This document shows, one piece after another, positions 38,220 to 48,730 of a stretch of 64,000 bases of DNA. The position numbers and the translations under genes were made by a program. The notes beneath the pieces are model-generated. The model was given only the letters and a program-made list of their open reading frames with translations. It searched no databases and was not told where the DNA came from. This stretch comes from Pavona decussata (taxonomy: Eukaryota): NCBI GenBank assembly GCA_977016875.1, contig CDRNST010000028.1, positions 124,001-188,000 of the forward strand. Reading direction: 5' to 3'. The number at the start of each line of letters is the position of its first letter. Within the stretch, counting starts at the first letter, position 1.

Positions 38220-38975
38220 GAAGAGGATAGGTGCTGCCACTGTGGGTGAGACCCAAGACATTGGGGCTTGATACAGACATGGTCGTATCGACAAGAAGAG
38301 CCAAATCGACATCCCTCTCGTCTCTAGAATTCATAGCACACTTGCTTCCCTGTGGCCTGGTTGATGACGGGGCGAGGTGTCTTGCTATTGGTCTGGCGAG
38401 AGGGGTAGCAGTGGTGGGTTCCGGTCTGTGCAAAGTTTGTTGGGAAATAAACTGGCTGTCAATGCGCCATTTGCACTTAGTGGCAAACTGCATTCTTCTA
38501 AAGAAGTCATCATACTGCATAACCCTTGGCAAAGGGTAGCATTTTGCCAATTCGGAGATCTTGGCAATGTACATAATGTAGTCGAGCACCTCTTCAGTAG
38601 TTGAAAGGGACCCTTCTTTCATCAAGGTATGCATAATTCTTAAATTGGCAGCTGACCACTGAGGAAAGGTTATTTTGTCGAGGGACAGCTTCTTTTCGTT
38701 TGACGATTTTAAGATAATTTTTGCATCGCCAGACGTTCCCAGTATGGTTTCCCGGTCCTCATGAAGCACAAGGGGAAGGGTGCTAATAAAATCAGGGATG
38801 AGCAACGGATGTTTACGTCGAACTGCAGTTGCTTCAGGTTCCAGCAATTGCTGTGCTGGGTCTTGCTCTGCATCTGTCAAACCAAGTAATAATGGCTCTC
38901 CCAAGGACTTCATTAAGTCTGACATCTCTGTTTGCACGGCAGGATCCTGCTGGAGAGTTTTCAGAGTTGGCTTTA
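38220..38975 (-). pseudogene. gag-like ORF with C-terminal CCCH zinc finger, 5'-truncated
   Basis: YDDFFRRMQ helix; shifted frame reads VCYEF*RREGCRFGSSCRYDHVCIKPQCLGSH. Confidence 0.75.
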
Positions 38976-40304
38976 CGTCAGTTATATTCTAAATGGATTT
39001 ATATGAGCTTATTTACCTTACTTCATGGCACATTTTTGGAAACAAAATCGGTATATTCACATTTTTCATCAGTTGATGACAATAACGGGTGGCTTGTAGA
39101 AATAATCGAGGCAGGCAGACGATGCGATCAAGCCGGCTAATTGGATTCTACGGTGTCTGTGAGATAAAACGCTAGCTAGGATGGAGCCTGAAACACTGAG
39201 AAGACATGTATGTATCAGCCAATACCGATTTTAGCTCTAACTATGCTCAATGTGCGATTATTTGAAAGAGATTGACTCTTTAGATACGCTTTCTTGGAGG
39301 TAAATATTTGTATGAAAAGAGGGGAAACATCGGGAAATCTAGCTATTAATAGCTTAGTTAAACTAATCTTAACCCACTGATATCGCCAATTTTGTCATTT
39401 TTATTGTTAGGAAACATTCGTTGAATATTTCGTGCCTTTTCATGTTCAGTCAGAAGATTGAAACATTTTTTTTTTTTGCAACATGAATTTAGATGAAATC
39501 GACGAAATCGTTCAGGTGGTAATACATATTTGCTTCATACAAACAAACTATTCATTTGCCCAAAAATTTTATTCCATATTTTGAAGGTTGTGATATTCCT
39601 CTTCAATCTTATAGTAAGTTACATAGTTAGGTTGTTGGCCATTAGAGATATTTGGGTACAAAAAAGTCAAATTTGAGGTTCTCGTGAAAATGACTTAAAC
39701 AGCCTCTTACTTCAGGTTCAGGCAAATAACGAAATCGCAGGTACCGATTGAAAAAACACACTGTGCTACAAGCCTGGTAAATGGGGAATACAATTCAGTG
39801 GGTTTTATTCACAGATCACAATTACATTTGTCTAAACACTCAATTGAGTTTGGCTAATCAATATGCATAATTGGTGCCAAAATGGCCATTTTTCAGGTTT
39901 TACCTATAACTCTGGTAAAATGGAATATTTTGACTTGATGTTTAGCGCATGAATATGTTTATGACACTCAATCTTTCTGCCATGTTTGAGCCAAATCGGT
40001 GATTTGAGTATTATCACCTCCTGCCTGGTCCTATCGTGGACACGCACTTAAAAGGTTCCATTTTGCCTGCCAACATGTCGTGAGGCTATTTAACTTCCAA
40101 GTTCTTGAACCATATTTACTTTTACCTAGCTCAATCAGTCATTTTGCAAAATTTTATTTAAAATCATGTAATAAAACGTTGGTTGTAGAGGTTAGGCAAA
40201 TCATAATAAAATAAACAATTTCCACATCAACAGTATTAAACATGTACGAACGCATAATAAATTACGTTTGCAAACTAACCAATCTACGAACGTGGTCAAA
40301 TCAT

Positions 40305-41198
40305 TTAGTTTTCTTCAATAACAACATTTTTACAAGTTATCTTTCTTACTTTCTTTATAACTGCTACTCGTAGTTCACGAAGACGCCAGCAGTATAAAAA
40401 TGGATTTATTGACGAATTAGCAAATACCAAATTTGCTGTAAAGGACCACGCTTTCGGCACTAACTTGGTTTTAGCGACATCAATCTCACTGTAATAAATT
40501 CTACAAATGAACCAAGGAAAATAGCAAAGTAAAGTGCAAATATAAAATATAAAAGTGTTAACAGCAGTGCGCTTTAATGACACCACTCTCATATGATGTT
40601 CAGTGTCTATTTGCACTGCTTGTTGTTGAACATGAATGTGCAACTGATGCCGACGAACGATTCGATAAATACCAGTGTACGAGATGCTGGAGGTGATAGT
40701 ATAAAGGATTATTAACACATAGACAGCATGAAAATTTGAAGAGATATTAAGAAGTATAAGAGTCGAGAAAAGAACGTGAAGGAGCCAAATAATACTGATA
40801 GTAAAAACAACGCGAGGTGTAGTAACTACATTGTTATAAGTCATGTGATATTGAAGGGCCAAATATCGATCCACACTTATCACCGCCATTGTAGACAGAG
40901 AAATTCCGCATAAAGCAGTCGCCGTTGATCCTGATAAACGCATGAGGAAGTCAGCCGAGGAAAATTGTCTGGCGATATACAGTGGTTGTGCTATTAGGCC
41001 AACAGCAACATCTGAGAGAGCGAGACAAGACAGCAAAATAATGGAAGAAGACCGAAGGGAAGAAGTAGTAAAGATGGCTGCTAATACAAAGCTATTGCTT
41101 ATAATGGAAGTCAACATCAATGGAACATTGAAAGCACAGGTAACAATGGCAGTCAGAAACGAAGCATTAGTTGCGTTTTCATGTACTGATCCGTTCAT
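40305..41198 (-). CDS. Single-exon class A GPCR, expanded subfamily
   Basis: 297 aa; LALSD, DRY, CYFP, NPFLY. Confidence 0.95.
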   Translation of the reverse strand: MNGSVHENATNASFLTAIVTCAFNVPLMLTSIISNSFVLAAIFTTSSLRSSSIILLSCLALSDVAVGLIAQPLYIARQFSSADFLMRLSGSTATALCGISLSTMAVISVDRYLALQYHMTYNNVVTTPRVVFTISIIWLLHVLFSTLILLNISSNFHAVYVLIILYTITSSISYTGIYRIVRRHQLHIHVQQQAVQIDTEHHMRVVSLKRTAVNTFIFYICTLLCYFPWFICRIYYSEIDVAKTKLVPKAWSFTANLVFANSSINPFLYCWRLRELRVAVIKKVRKITCKNVVIEEN

Positions 41199-43578
41199 CC
41201 TCTGAACTAAGTTTCCTTCCGTTAGGTTAAAATTAGTTGAACGCCGTCAAAATTCTGAGACTTCCTTTCAAACCTGCTGTATTCTTCGACTTCAGGAAAC
41301 TGCCGGGTAAGCCAGTAAACACCACGTGATAACGAAACGATTTTCTTCCCGTATTAGTTTAGTTTGTCTGCTGCGAGAAACGTAATATGTTTAGCTGTGA
41401 AGTATGTCTTCGTCGCGATCGCTTAACTTGTAATAAATACGAAGTTTTAAAAACAAGCCGTGAAGAGATGAACAATATCAGCAGAAAGCACCTGTCATCT
41501 AACAAGTACATCATCCTTCAGTAGGAAATATGGAAATACAATGAGCAGTTGACAATTTTCACCTGTAACTTTTAAAATATTTTGCAAAGAAGAGTGACTG
41601 TTTATGTTATAAATGTTATTACAGGAAAACCCCACAAATAATCGCGCCTAACGATGTGTAGTTGGCTTGTTTTTATTTTAAGGTAAATTTTTGGTTATCC
41701 TTTGGTGCTGATATTAGCACTCCTGATCACTTTTAAAGCTGCCATCCCCATTTCTCCAGTAGGCTCAATATACAAATCCCTCGTAGAACATGAGGATACC
41801 GTTTACATTTATCTCGAACACAGCCGCATGCATTCATTAGTATGTTTGATTCTGACAAGGCCCTGTTTATCTATCTCGAAACTGACTCGTTTCCCTTAAA
41901 TGTTGTAATACAGGAGTAATTTACTTTGGCCTACCTGAACTTCCCACTATTTCAAATTATGCGCATATAAATTCGAAATTTTAACATCCCTCTCCTCAGA
42001 ATACCCTCCAGGGCATTTCAAAACTAGCGTTTTCTCAAACTTGCGCGACGCTGAAACTCTGGTTTTTTGGACAGGAAAAAACGTCCGTAAAAGTACTAAA
42101 AATAGGCCACCTAGCATTTTAGGAAAGCCAACAGCATCTTTTAAAGTCGGGGAATAACATTCCTTTCCCTATGATTTTTGGCAACTGTTTAAAATTTAAT
42201 TTCAGCTGAAGAATCCGACCATACTCGGAGACCATGGGCAGATTAAGTTGGGTCAGGAGGAAGTCAAAACTGTAAACCTACCAGTTTTGACTTCCTCTTG
42301 ACACAACAACCTGCCACTGGATCTCCGAGGATAGAATCTGATACCATTAAACCGTGTTATTTTACACAAATTCCCCTTTTAAAAGGATATAAAATGAAAT
42401 GGAAATGCCAGAAGCCCTTGAATTTCCCCCTTTATGACCTTCCAGCTTATTTCCAAGAAGTTTATTTTCTGCGGCTTTCGTTTTTCTCTTCTCATATCTA
42501 AAAATCATTGACAGACGTATTTGGCCTGTAATAGACCAATCTCGGCATATTAAAATTCGTACTTGGCTACGAGCTTAGAGGTGCAAAACAACAGAAATTA
42601 CTTTGGAGGCTCAGAGATGAATAATTAATGTTTTTCGTTTTTTATTCCCCTAAGCCTCGAAACCAAGCTAGAATTTTAATATATCCAGATTGCTTTATAA
42701 ACGAAAGGTAAAAGATTCAGCTTCTGCTAAACTCGAGGACGCGTAAGAGTCCCTCGAGGCGTCGCTTGGAACGACTCTAGCTTCTTGAGTGCTTAGCAAA
42801 ACCTCCAGGTGCATTCACACAACTCAATAGTACACGCTGATCGCATGAGGTCATTTACCATTTGTCCTATAACATATAATGACTATGAAATCTATTTGTT
42901 AAGTAATGGCGGAATCTTCACATTGGTTTGTCAGAAAGATGCAAAATTTCGATAAAAGAAACTAGATGTAGTTACAAATCTTTTCACCAGAGTCTGTCAA
43001 AGTACACCAAATATAAAGGACAGGACGAGCTGCCAGGCCAGGTTTCCTTTGTATGCGAGTTTACTTTTTTTTTTGTCCTAATTTTTTTTCTTTTTTTCTC
43101 TCTGTGACGCACTCCGGTAAAAACGTTTTTTGTTATATCGTCAGAGAAAGTATTAAAGCAAACGATTGAACCCACTTTGAATGCTGATTCGTTCTCCTCA
43201 AAATGGCTGTGACGTCGCCCCTTTAAAATTCCTTCTTAATTTTAAATCTCTTATTTTATACATTTATTTTTCGCAGATTATAGATAGAGGAGGTTGTTAC
43301 TTAACTTTCAAAAGGTTCCATTTTGTCTACCAATATGTCGTGAAGCTATTTGACTTTCATATTTTTGGACCATGTACCTTCACCTAGCTCAAGCAGTCAT
43401 ATTGCAATATTTTATCCTACATTATGTAATAAAACGTTGGTTGTACACGTTAGGCAAATCGCAGTAAAATATACAATTTCAACTTCAACGTATTAAGCAT
43501 GCGCGAAGGCATCTTAAATAATAAAATATGATAAATTACGTTTCTTAACTAACCCATCCACGAACGTGGTCAAATCAT

Positions 43579-44472
43579 TTAGTTTTCTTCAATGACAACG
43601 TTTTTACACTTTATCTTTCTTACTTTCTTTGTAACTGCTACTCGTAGTTCACGAAGACGCCAGCAGTACAAAAATGGATTTATCGACGAATTAGCAAATA
43701 CCAAAGTTACTGTAAATGACCACGCTTTCGGCACCAACTTGGTTTTAACGACATCAATCTCACTGTAATAAATTCTACAAACGAACCAAGGAAAATAACA
43801 AAGTAAAGTGCACATATAAAATATAAAAGTGTTAACAGCAGTGCGCTTTAATGACACCACTCTCATATGATGTTCAGTGTCTATTTGCAATGCTTGTTGT
43901 TGAACATGAATGTGCAACTGATGCCGACGAACGATTCGATAAATACCAGTGTACGAGATGCTGGCGGTGATAGTATAAAGGATTATTAACACATAGACAG
44001 CATAAAAATTTGAAGAGATATTAAGAAGTGTAAGAGTCGAGAAAAGAACGTGAAGAAGCCAAATAATACTGATGGTAAAAACAACGCGAGGTGTAGTAAC
44101 TACATTGTTATAAGTCATGTGATATTGAAGGGCCAAATATCGATCCACGCTTATCACCGCCATTGTAGATAGAGAAATTCCACATAAAGCAGTCGCCGTT
44201 GATCCCGATAAACGCATGAGGAAGTCAGCCGAGGAAAATTGTCTGGCGATATACAGTGGTTGTGCTATTAGGCCAACAGCAACATCTGAGAGAGCGAGAC
44301 ATGACAGCAAAATAATGGAAGGCGACCGGAGGGAAAAATTAGTAAAGATGGCTGCTAATACAAAGCTATTGCTTATAATGGAAGTCAACATCAATGGAAC
44401 ATTGAAAGCACAGGTAACAATGGCAGTCAGAAACGAAGCATTAGTTGCGTTTTCATGTACTGATCCGTTCAT
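43579..44472 (-). CDS. Single-exon class A GPCR, recent tandem duplicate of 40305-41198
   Basis: 297 aa; only about a dozen residue differences; flanks also duplicated (offset 3274 bp). Confidence 0.95.
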   Translation of the reverse strand: MNGSVHENATNASFLTAIVTCAFNVPLMLTSIISNSFVLAAIFTNFSLRSPSIILLSCLALSDVAVGLIAQPLYIARQFSSADFLMRLSGSTATALCGISLSTMAVISVDRYLALQYHMTYNNVVTTPRVVFTISIIWLLHVLFSTLTLLNISSNFYAVYVLIILYTITASISYTGIYRIVRRHQLHIHVQQQALQIDTEHHMRVVSLKRTAVNTFIFYMCTLLCYFPWFVCRIYYSEIDVVKTKLVPKAWSFTVTLVFANSSINPFLYCWRLRELRVAVTKKVRKIKCKNVVIEEN

Positions 44473-46307
44473 CCTCTGAACTAAGTTTCCTTCCGTAAGG
44501 TTAAAATTAGTTGAACGCCGTCAAAATTCTGAGAGTTCCTTTCAGACCTGCTGTATTCTTCGACTTCAGGAAACTGCCGGGTAAGCCAGTAAACACCACG
44601 TGATAACGAAACGATTTTCTTCACGTATTAGTTTAGTTTGTCTGCTACAAGAAACGTAATATGTTTAGCTGTGAAGTAATTCTTTGTCGCGATCGCTTAA
44701 CTTGTAATAAATAAGAAGTTTTTAAAAAAAAGCCGTGAAGAGATGAACAATATCAGCAGAAAGCACCTGGCATCTAGCAAATACATTATGCTCCAGTAGG
44801 AAATATGGAAATACAATAAGCAGTTGACAATTTTCACCTGTAACTTTTAAAATATTTTGAAAAGAAGAGTGACTGTGTCATAAATGTTATTACAAGAAAG
44901 GCCCACAAATAATCGTACCTAACGATGTATAGTTGGCTTGTTTTTATTTTAAGATAAATTTTTGGTTATCCTTTGGTGCTGATATTAGCACTCCTGATCA
45001 CTTTTAAAGCTGCCATCCCCAATTCTCCAGTAGGGTCAATATACAAATCCCTCGTAGAACATAAGGATACCGTTGACATTTATCTCGAACACAGCCGCAT
45101 GCGTTCATTAGTATGTTTGATTCTGACAAGGCCCTGTTTATCTATCTCGAAACTGACTTGTTTCCCTTGAATGTTGTAAAAGTACAGGAGTAATTTACTT
45201 TGCCCACCTGAACTTCCCAATATTTCGAATAAGCGCATATAAATTAAAAATTTTAACATCCCTCTCCTCAGGGTACCCTCCAGGGCATTTCAAAACTAGC
45301 GTTTTCTCAAACTTTCTCGACGTTGAAACTCTGGTATGTTTTTGTTTTGTTTTTTTTTGAAGAGGAAAAGACGTCCGTAAAAGTACTAAAAATAGGCCAC
45401 CTAGCATTTTAGGAAAGCCAACAGCATCTTTTAAAGTCGGGGAATAACATTCCTTTCCCTAAGATTTTTGGCAACTGTTTGAATTTTAATTTCAGCTGAA
45501 GAACCCAACAATACTCGGAGACCCATGGGCAGATTAAGTTGGGTCAGGAGGAAGTCAAAACTGTAAACTTACCTGGTTTGACTTCCTTTTAACACAACAA
45601 TCTGCCTCTGGGTTTCCGAGGATGAAATCAGACGCCATTAAACCGTGTTAGCTTACGCAAATGCGCCTTTTCAAAGGCCATAAAATGAAGTGGAAATGAA
45701 GGAAGCCCTTGAATTTCCCCCTTTTCAACCTTTCAGCTTATCCCAAGAAGTTTACACTCTACGGCCCTTGTCCTTCCCTTGTCATATTTAAAATACAATG
45801 ACAGAAACATTTGGCCTGTAATAGACCAATCCCGATTTATTAAAATTCATACTTGGCTACGAGGTAAGAGGTGCAAAACAACAGAAATTACCTTCAGCGG
45901 CTCAGAGATGAATAATTATGCGAGCGACTCTAGCTTCTTGAGTGCTTAGCAAAACCTCCCAAGTGCATTTACAACTCAAGGGTGTACGCTGATCGCATGA
46001 GCCATTTTCCATTTGTCCTATAACATATAATAAATATGAAACTTTAACGTTCCCCTCCCCCTCCCTTTCCCCCTTCCCGGGGTAGTCGGGGAATAACTTT
46101 CCGTCACCCTAAAATTTCCAGGAAATGTTTTTGAAAATTTTCAGCTAAAATGATCCGAACAACTGACTAGCTGGTTAACTGTGTTAGCTTACGCAAATTT
46201 GCTTTTAAAGGCCATATAATAATGTAGCAATGGTGGTGAACAAGCAACATTTTAAACTATTTTGGTTTAATGTTCCCGTCGTGTGCCCCTACAATCCCCC
46301 TCCTTTT

Positions 46308-46670
46308 TGCCTACTTTTCTTTCTGTGTATTCGTCAGTTCAGCACATCTTGCGATACTCGGGTTTCCTTGCTCGGTTTAAAACTAGGCAGATAAAGCAGA
46401 AGTTAGCAAGTGCTCTTTGTGTTTTAAAAGAAAATTGGGGGTAAACATGCATTTTTCAGAGATTATAAAGCTTCAATTTGAAAAAAAAAACGCCATACAT
46501 TGCTTTGTATTTTACTGCTTTTTAGAATAATTTTTGCTTAATTATCACCAAAAAAATGCCCTGCTACCCCGGATTTTCTTTCTGGATTTCAGTATCCCAT
46601 GCTTAAATCTGCTTTTCCCGCATAGTCATAAACTATGGAAAAATACTTCTGTATTAGGAGGCACCGTCCT
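46308..46670. mobile_element. Kolobok-like MITE remnant
   Basis: Right end taggaggcaccgtcct|taa; left end eroded, with a fuller form ggacggtgcctact at the paralogous site ~51870. Confidence 0.5.
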
Positions 46671-47661
46671 TAAGCCTCTCCCCAAGAAACCTATTTTCTG
46701 CGGCTCTTACCTTGAGTCTGTACTCGCACAGAGAACGTCAAAACGTGGTAAGAAAATTAGCCACGCTACTCGCCTGCAGCTCGTAGCGTACTTCCCGTTC
46801 TTCTCACCACGTTTTGTCTTCATCTGTGCGTTATCGGAGTACTATGCGTTATCGGAGTACAGACGCACCTCAAAATGAAATTTATTTGTGAAGTAATGGC
46901 AAAATCTAAACATTGGTATAATGGGGTTGACAGGCCTACGCGACTCTCATGTGCGTGTTTAGCCTAAATAAGAGTTTTGCCCTCACGGGTTATGTTTTCC
47001 AAAGAACACCCTTTTCTTTATGAAAAGAGCGGTGCTCCCGGTAAAATTTTCTTTTAGCGCTGGATTTTCTTCTTTTTAAATGCCATCTATGATTTGGAGG
47101 ATTTGCGCGATAGACACTGAACAAAGCTATGTGTTTAACTGTCGCATGTGTTGTAATTGATCTCAAAGGTCATTTTGACCTCTTGTTGTTACGTTTCCGT
47201 TTAGCGACTGTCGTTCTTATGCCGTTTGTGGCATTTAGTTTAGGCTTGGTATGGCTCATTTCAGTGCGTCTGGTGGCAGTATAGCCTCTCTTTTTATCGT
47301 TGTAAGGATAGGAGTTGAACCGTGTAATAACTATACATTATCTTGCAGCTTTTGTCAGATTGCCGGGCCCGGCTATTTGCTTTTGGTGCAAGATGCTGTG
47401 CTTCTTATCACGGTTATTTGTCCCTTGATCCGTTCTTAAGCATTGTAGCTTCTTTGAAAGCTATGCAATGCGTTAAATTGAGGGCTAAAGGCCGCTTAAG
47501 TTACGGCTGTGTGTTTTGTTGTCGCTCCGCTAAGCTCTGTAACTGTGAGGTTTGTGTTGCGGGAGCTTAGTATTTTCCTCCTGTGTTTACGTGCTCTGGC
47601 CAGGGGCTGCTTCTAGTCCTTCGGCCGTAAGTAAATTCTGTAGCATTTAAGGCAATGGTCA

Positions 47662-47709
47662 GGCAAGACCGCGGTTTCGATCCTAATCTTGTGGATCTCA
47701 TCAGTTGCC
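47662..47709 (-). ncRNA. Type I hammerhead ribozyme with minimal palindromic helix III
   Basis: Minus strand: GGCAA-CUGAUGA-GAUCC-acaagauua-GGAUC-GAAA-CCGCGG-UC^UUGCC. Core intact, helices I and II perfectly paired, GUC cleavage triplet. Confidence 0.93.
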
Positions 47710-47749
47710 GATTCTTCAGAAATGATAGAGATGAGTTCTCGGTATCATT

Positions 47750-48115
47750 TCAACAAACGCGCTCTCTTGTCAAATTATAAACCCATTGTTCGGATCGAAA
47801 ACCCTGCAATTCAATTGGCTCCTTGGTTTGAGCCAATCTGGTGGCTGCGAGTTCGATCCATGGTGGGGCTAAGCTTGACGCTGTGTTTTCTATGATGGCT
47901 AAAACGTTAAATTTTGTACATGAACTGTCGTTTTGTTCGCGGATAGGTGTTTCCGTAGAACTGTGCATATGTGTTGCAGCATATAGCTCACTATGGAGAC
48001 TGTATAAAGCTCTATACACCGCCAGGAGTGCGATTTTCGTCTTTGTTTTTTCGGAGTTCATGTACAGTATGTCTTTCACGACATGAGACGGGGCCTGTCT
48101 GTAATTAATCAACAT
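47750..48115 (-). CDS. Hypothetical 121-aa ORF inside the hammerhead element
   Basis: ATG-initiated, same polarity as the ribozyme, stops ~40 nt before it; no recognisable domain. Confidence 0.25.
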   Translation of the reverse strand: MLINYRQAPSHVVKDILYMNSEKTKTKIALLAVYRALYSLHSELYAATHMHSSTETPIREQNDSSCTKFNVLAIIENTASSLAPPWIELAATRLAQTKEPIELQGFRSEQWVYNLTRERVC

Positions 48116-48190
48116 GGCATAATGGGGTTGACAGGCCTACGCGACTCTCATGTGCGTGTTTAGCCTAAATAAGAGTTTTGCCCTCACGGG

Positions 48191-48730
48191 TTATGTTTTC
48201 CAAAGAACACCCTTTTCTTTATGAAAAGAGCGGTGCTCCCGGTAAAATTTTCTTTTAGCGCTGGATTTTCTTCTTTTTAAATGCCATCTAAGAGTCGAAA
48301 TAAGAACCTGAAAGAGCCAAATAATAATGATTAGGAAAAAAACACGAGATGTAGTAACTAAATTGTCATGAGTCATGTGATATTGAAGGGCTAAAAATCG
48401 ATCCACGCTTATCAGCGCCATTGTAGAGAGAGCAATTCCACAAAACACACTCCCCATTGTATCCCCTACACGCATGAGGAGGTCAGCCGAGGAAAATAGT
48501 CTTGCAATATACAGTGGTTGTGCTATTAGGCCAACAGCAACATCTGAGACAGCGAGATAAGGCAACAAAATAATGGAAGGCGACCGGAGGGAAGAAGTAG
48601 TAAAGATGGCTGCTAATACAAAGCTATTGCTGATAATGGCAGTCAACATTAATGGAACATTGAAAGCACAGGTAACAATGGCAGTCAGAAACGAAGCATT
48701 AGTTGCGTTTTCATGTACTGATCCGTTCAT
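48191..48730 (-). pseudogene. Truncated GPCR (TM1-TM4) fused in frame to ~32 insert-derived residues
   Basis: Homology ends at ..QVLISTL(R); the tail WHLKRRKSSAKRKFY.. comes from the terminal repeat of the insert. Confidence 0.9.

Larger units (their letters stand above)
35126..38975 (-). mobile_element. 5'-truncated tyrosine-recombinase retrotransposon (Ngaro/PAT-like, split direct repeats)
   Basis: gag, RT/RNase H and YR in order; ~103-bp direct repeats at 35126-35228 and 35427-35529 downstream of YR; no DAM domain seen. Confidence 0.9.
33523..40047. mobile_element. TTAA-targeting DNA transposon with ~1.08-kb TIRs (Sola3-like architecture, tentative), no transposase
   Basis: 33523-~34610 is the diverged reverse complement of ~38976-40047; ttaa on both sides; flanks rejoin to the paralog sequence ..ttaaaaggttccattttg (27556). 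Confidence 0.9.
46918..48290 (-). mobile_element. Hammerhead-containing retrozyme/Penelope-related insert: 1201-bp unit plus 172-bp terminal redundancy
   Basis: 46918-47089 equals 48119-48290; internal hammerhead; no TSD; host paralog sequence on both sides. Confidence 0.8.

Noticed and set aside
41702-41899. Small ORFs repeated in intergenic units (44973, 49048, 62421, 29898, 49743)
   Set aside because: They lie in duplicated flanks or MITEs, with frames not conserved across all copies.
42205-42235. ctgaaga-atccga-ccatac-tcgga-gac looks like a hammerhead core plus helix II (also ~29699, 49546)
   Set aside because: No GAAA, helix III or helix I. The apparent stem is produced by the junction of host DNA with a MITE end.
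47840-47870. gttcgatcc resembles a tRNA T-loop (also ggtttcgatcc at 47673)
   Set aside because: No cloverleaf can be built; the 47673 instance is the reverse complement of the hammerhead helix II/GAAA.
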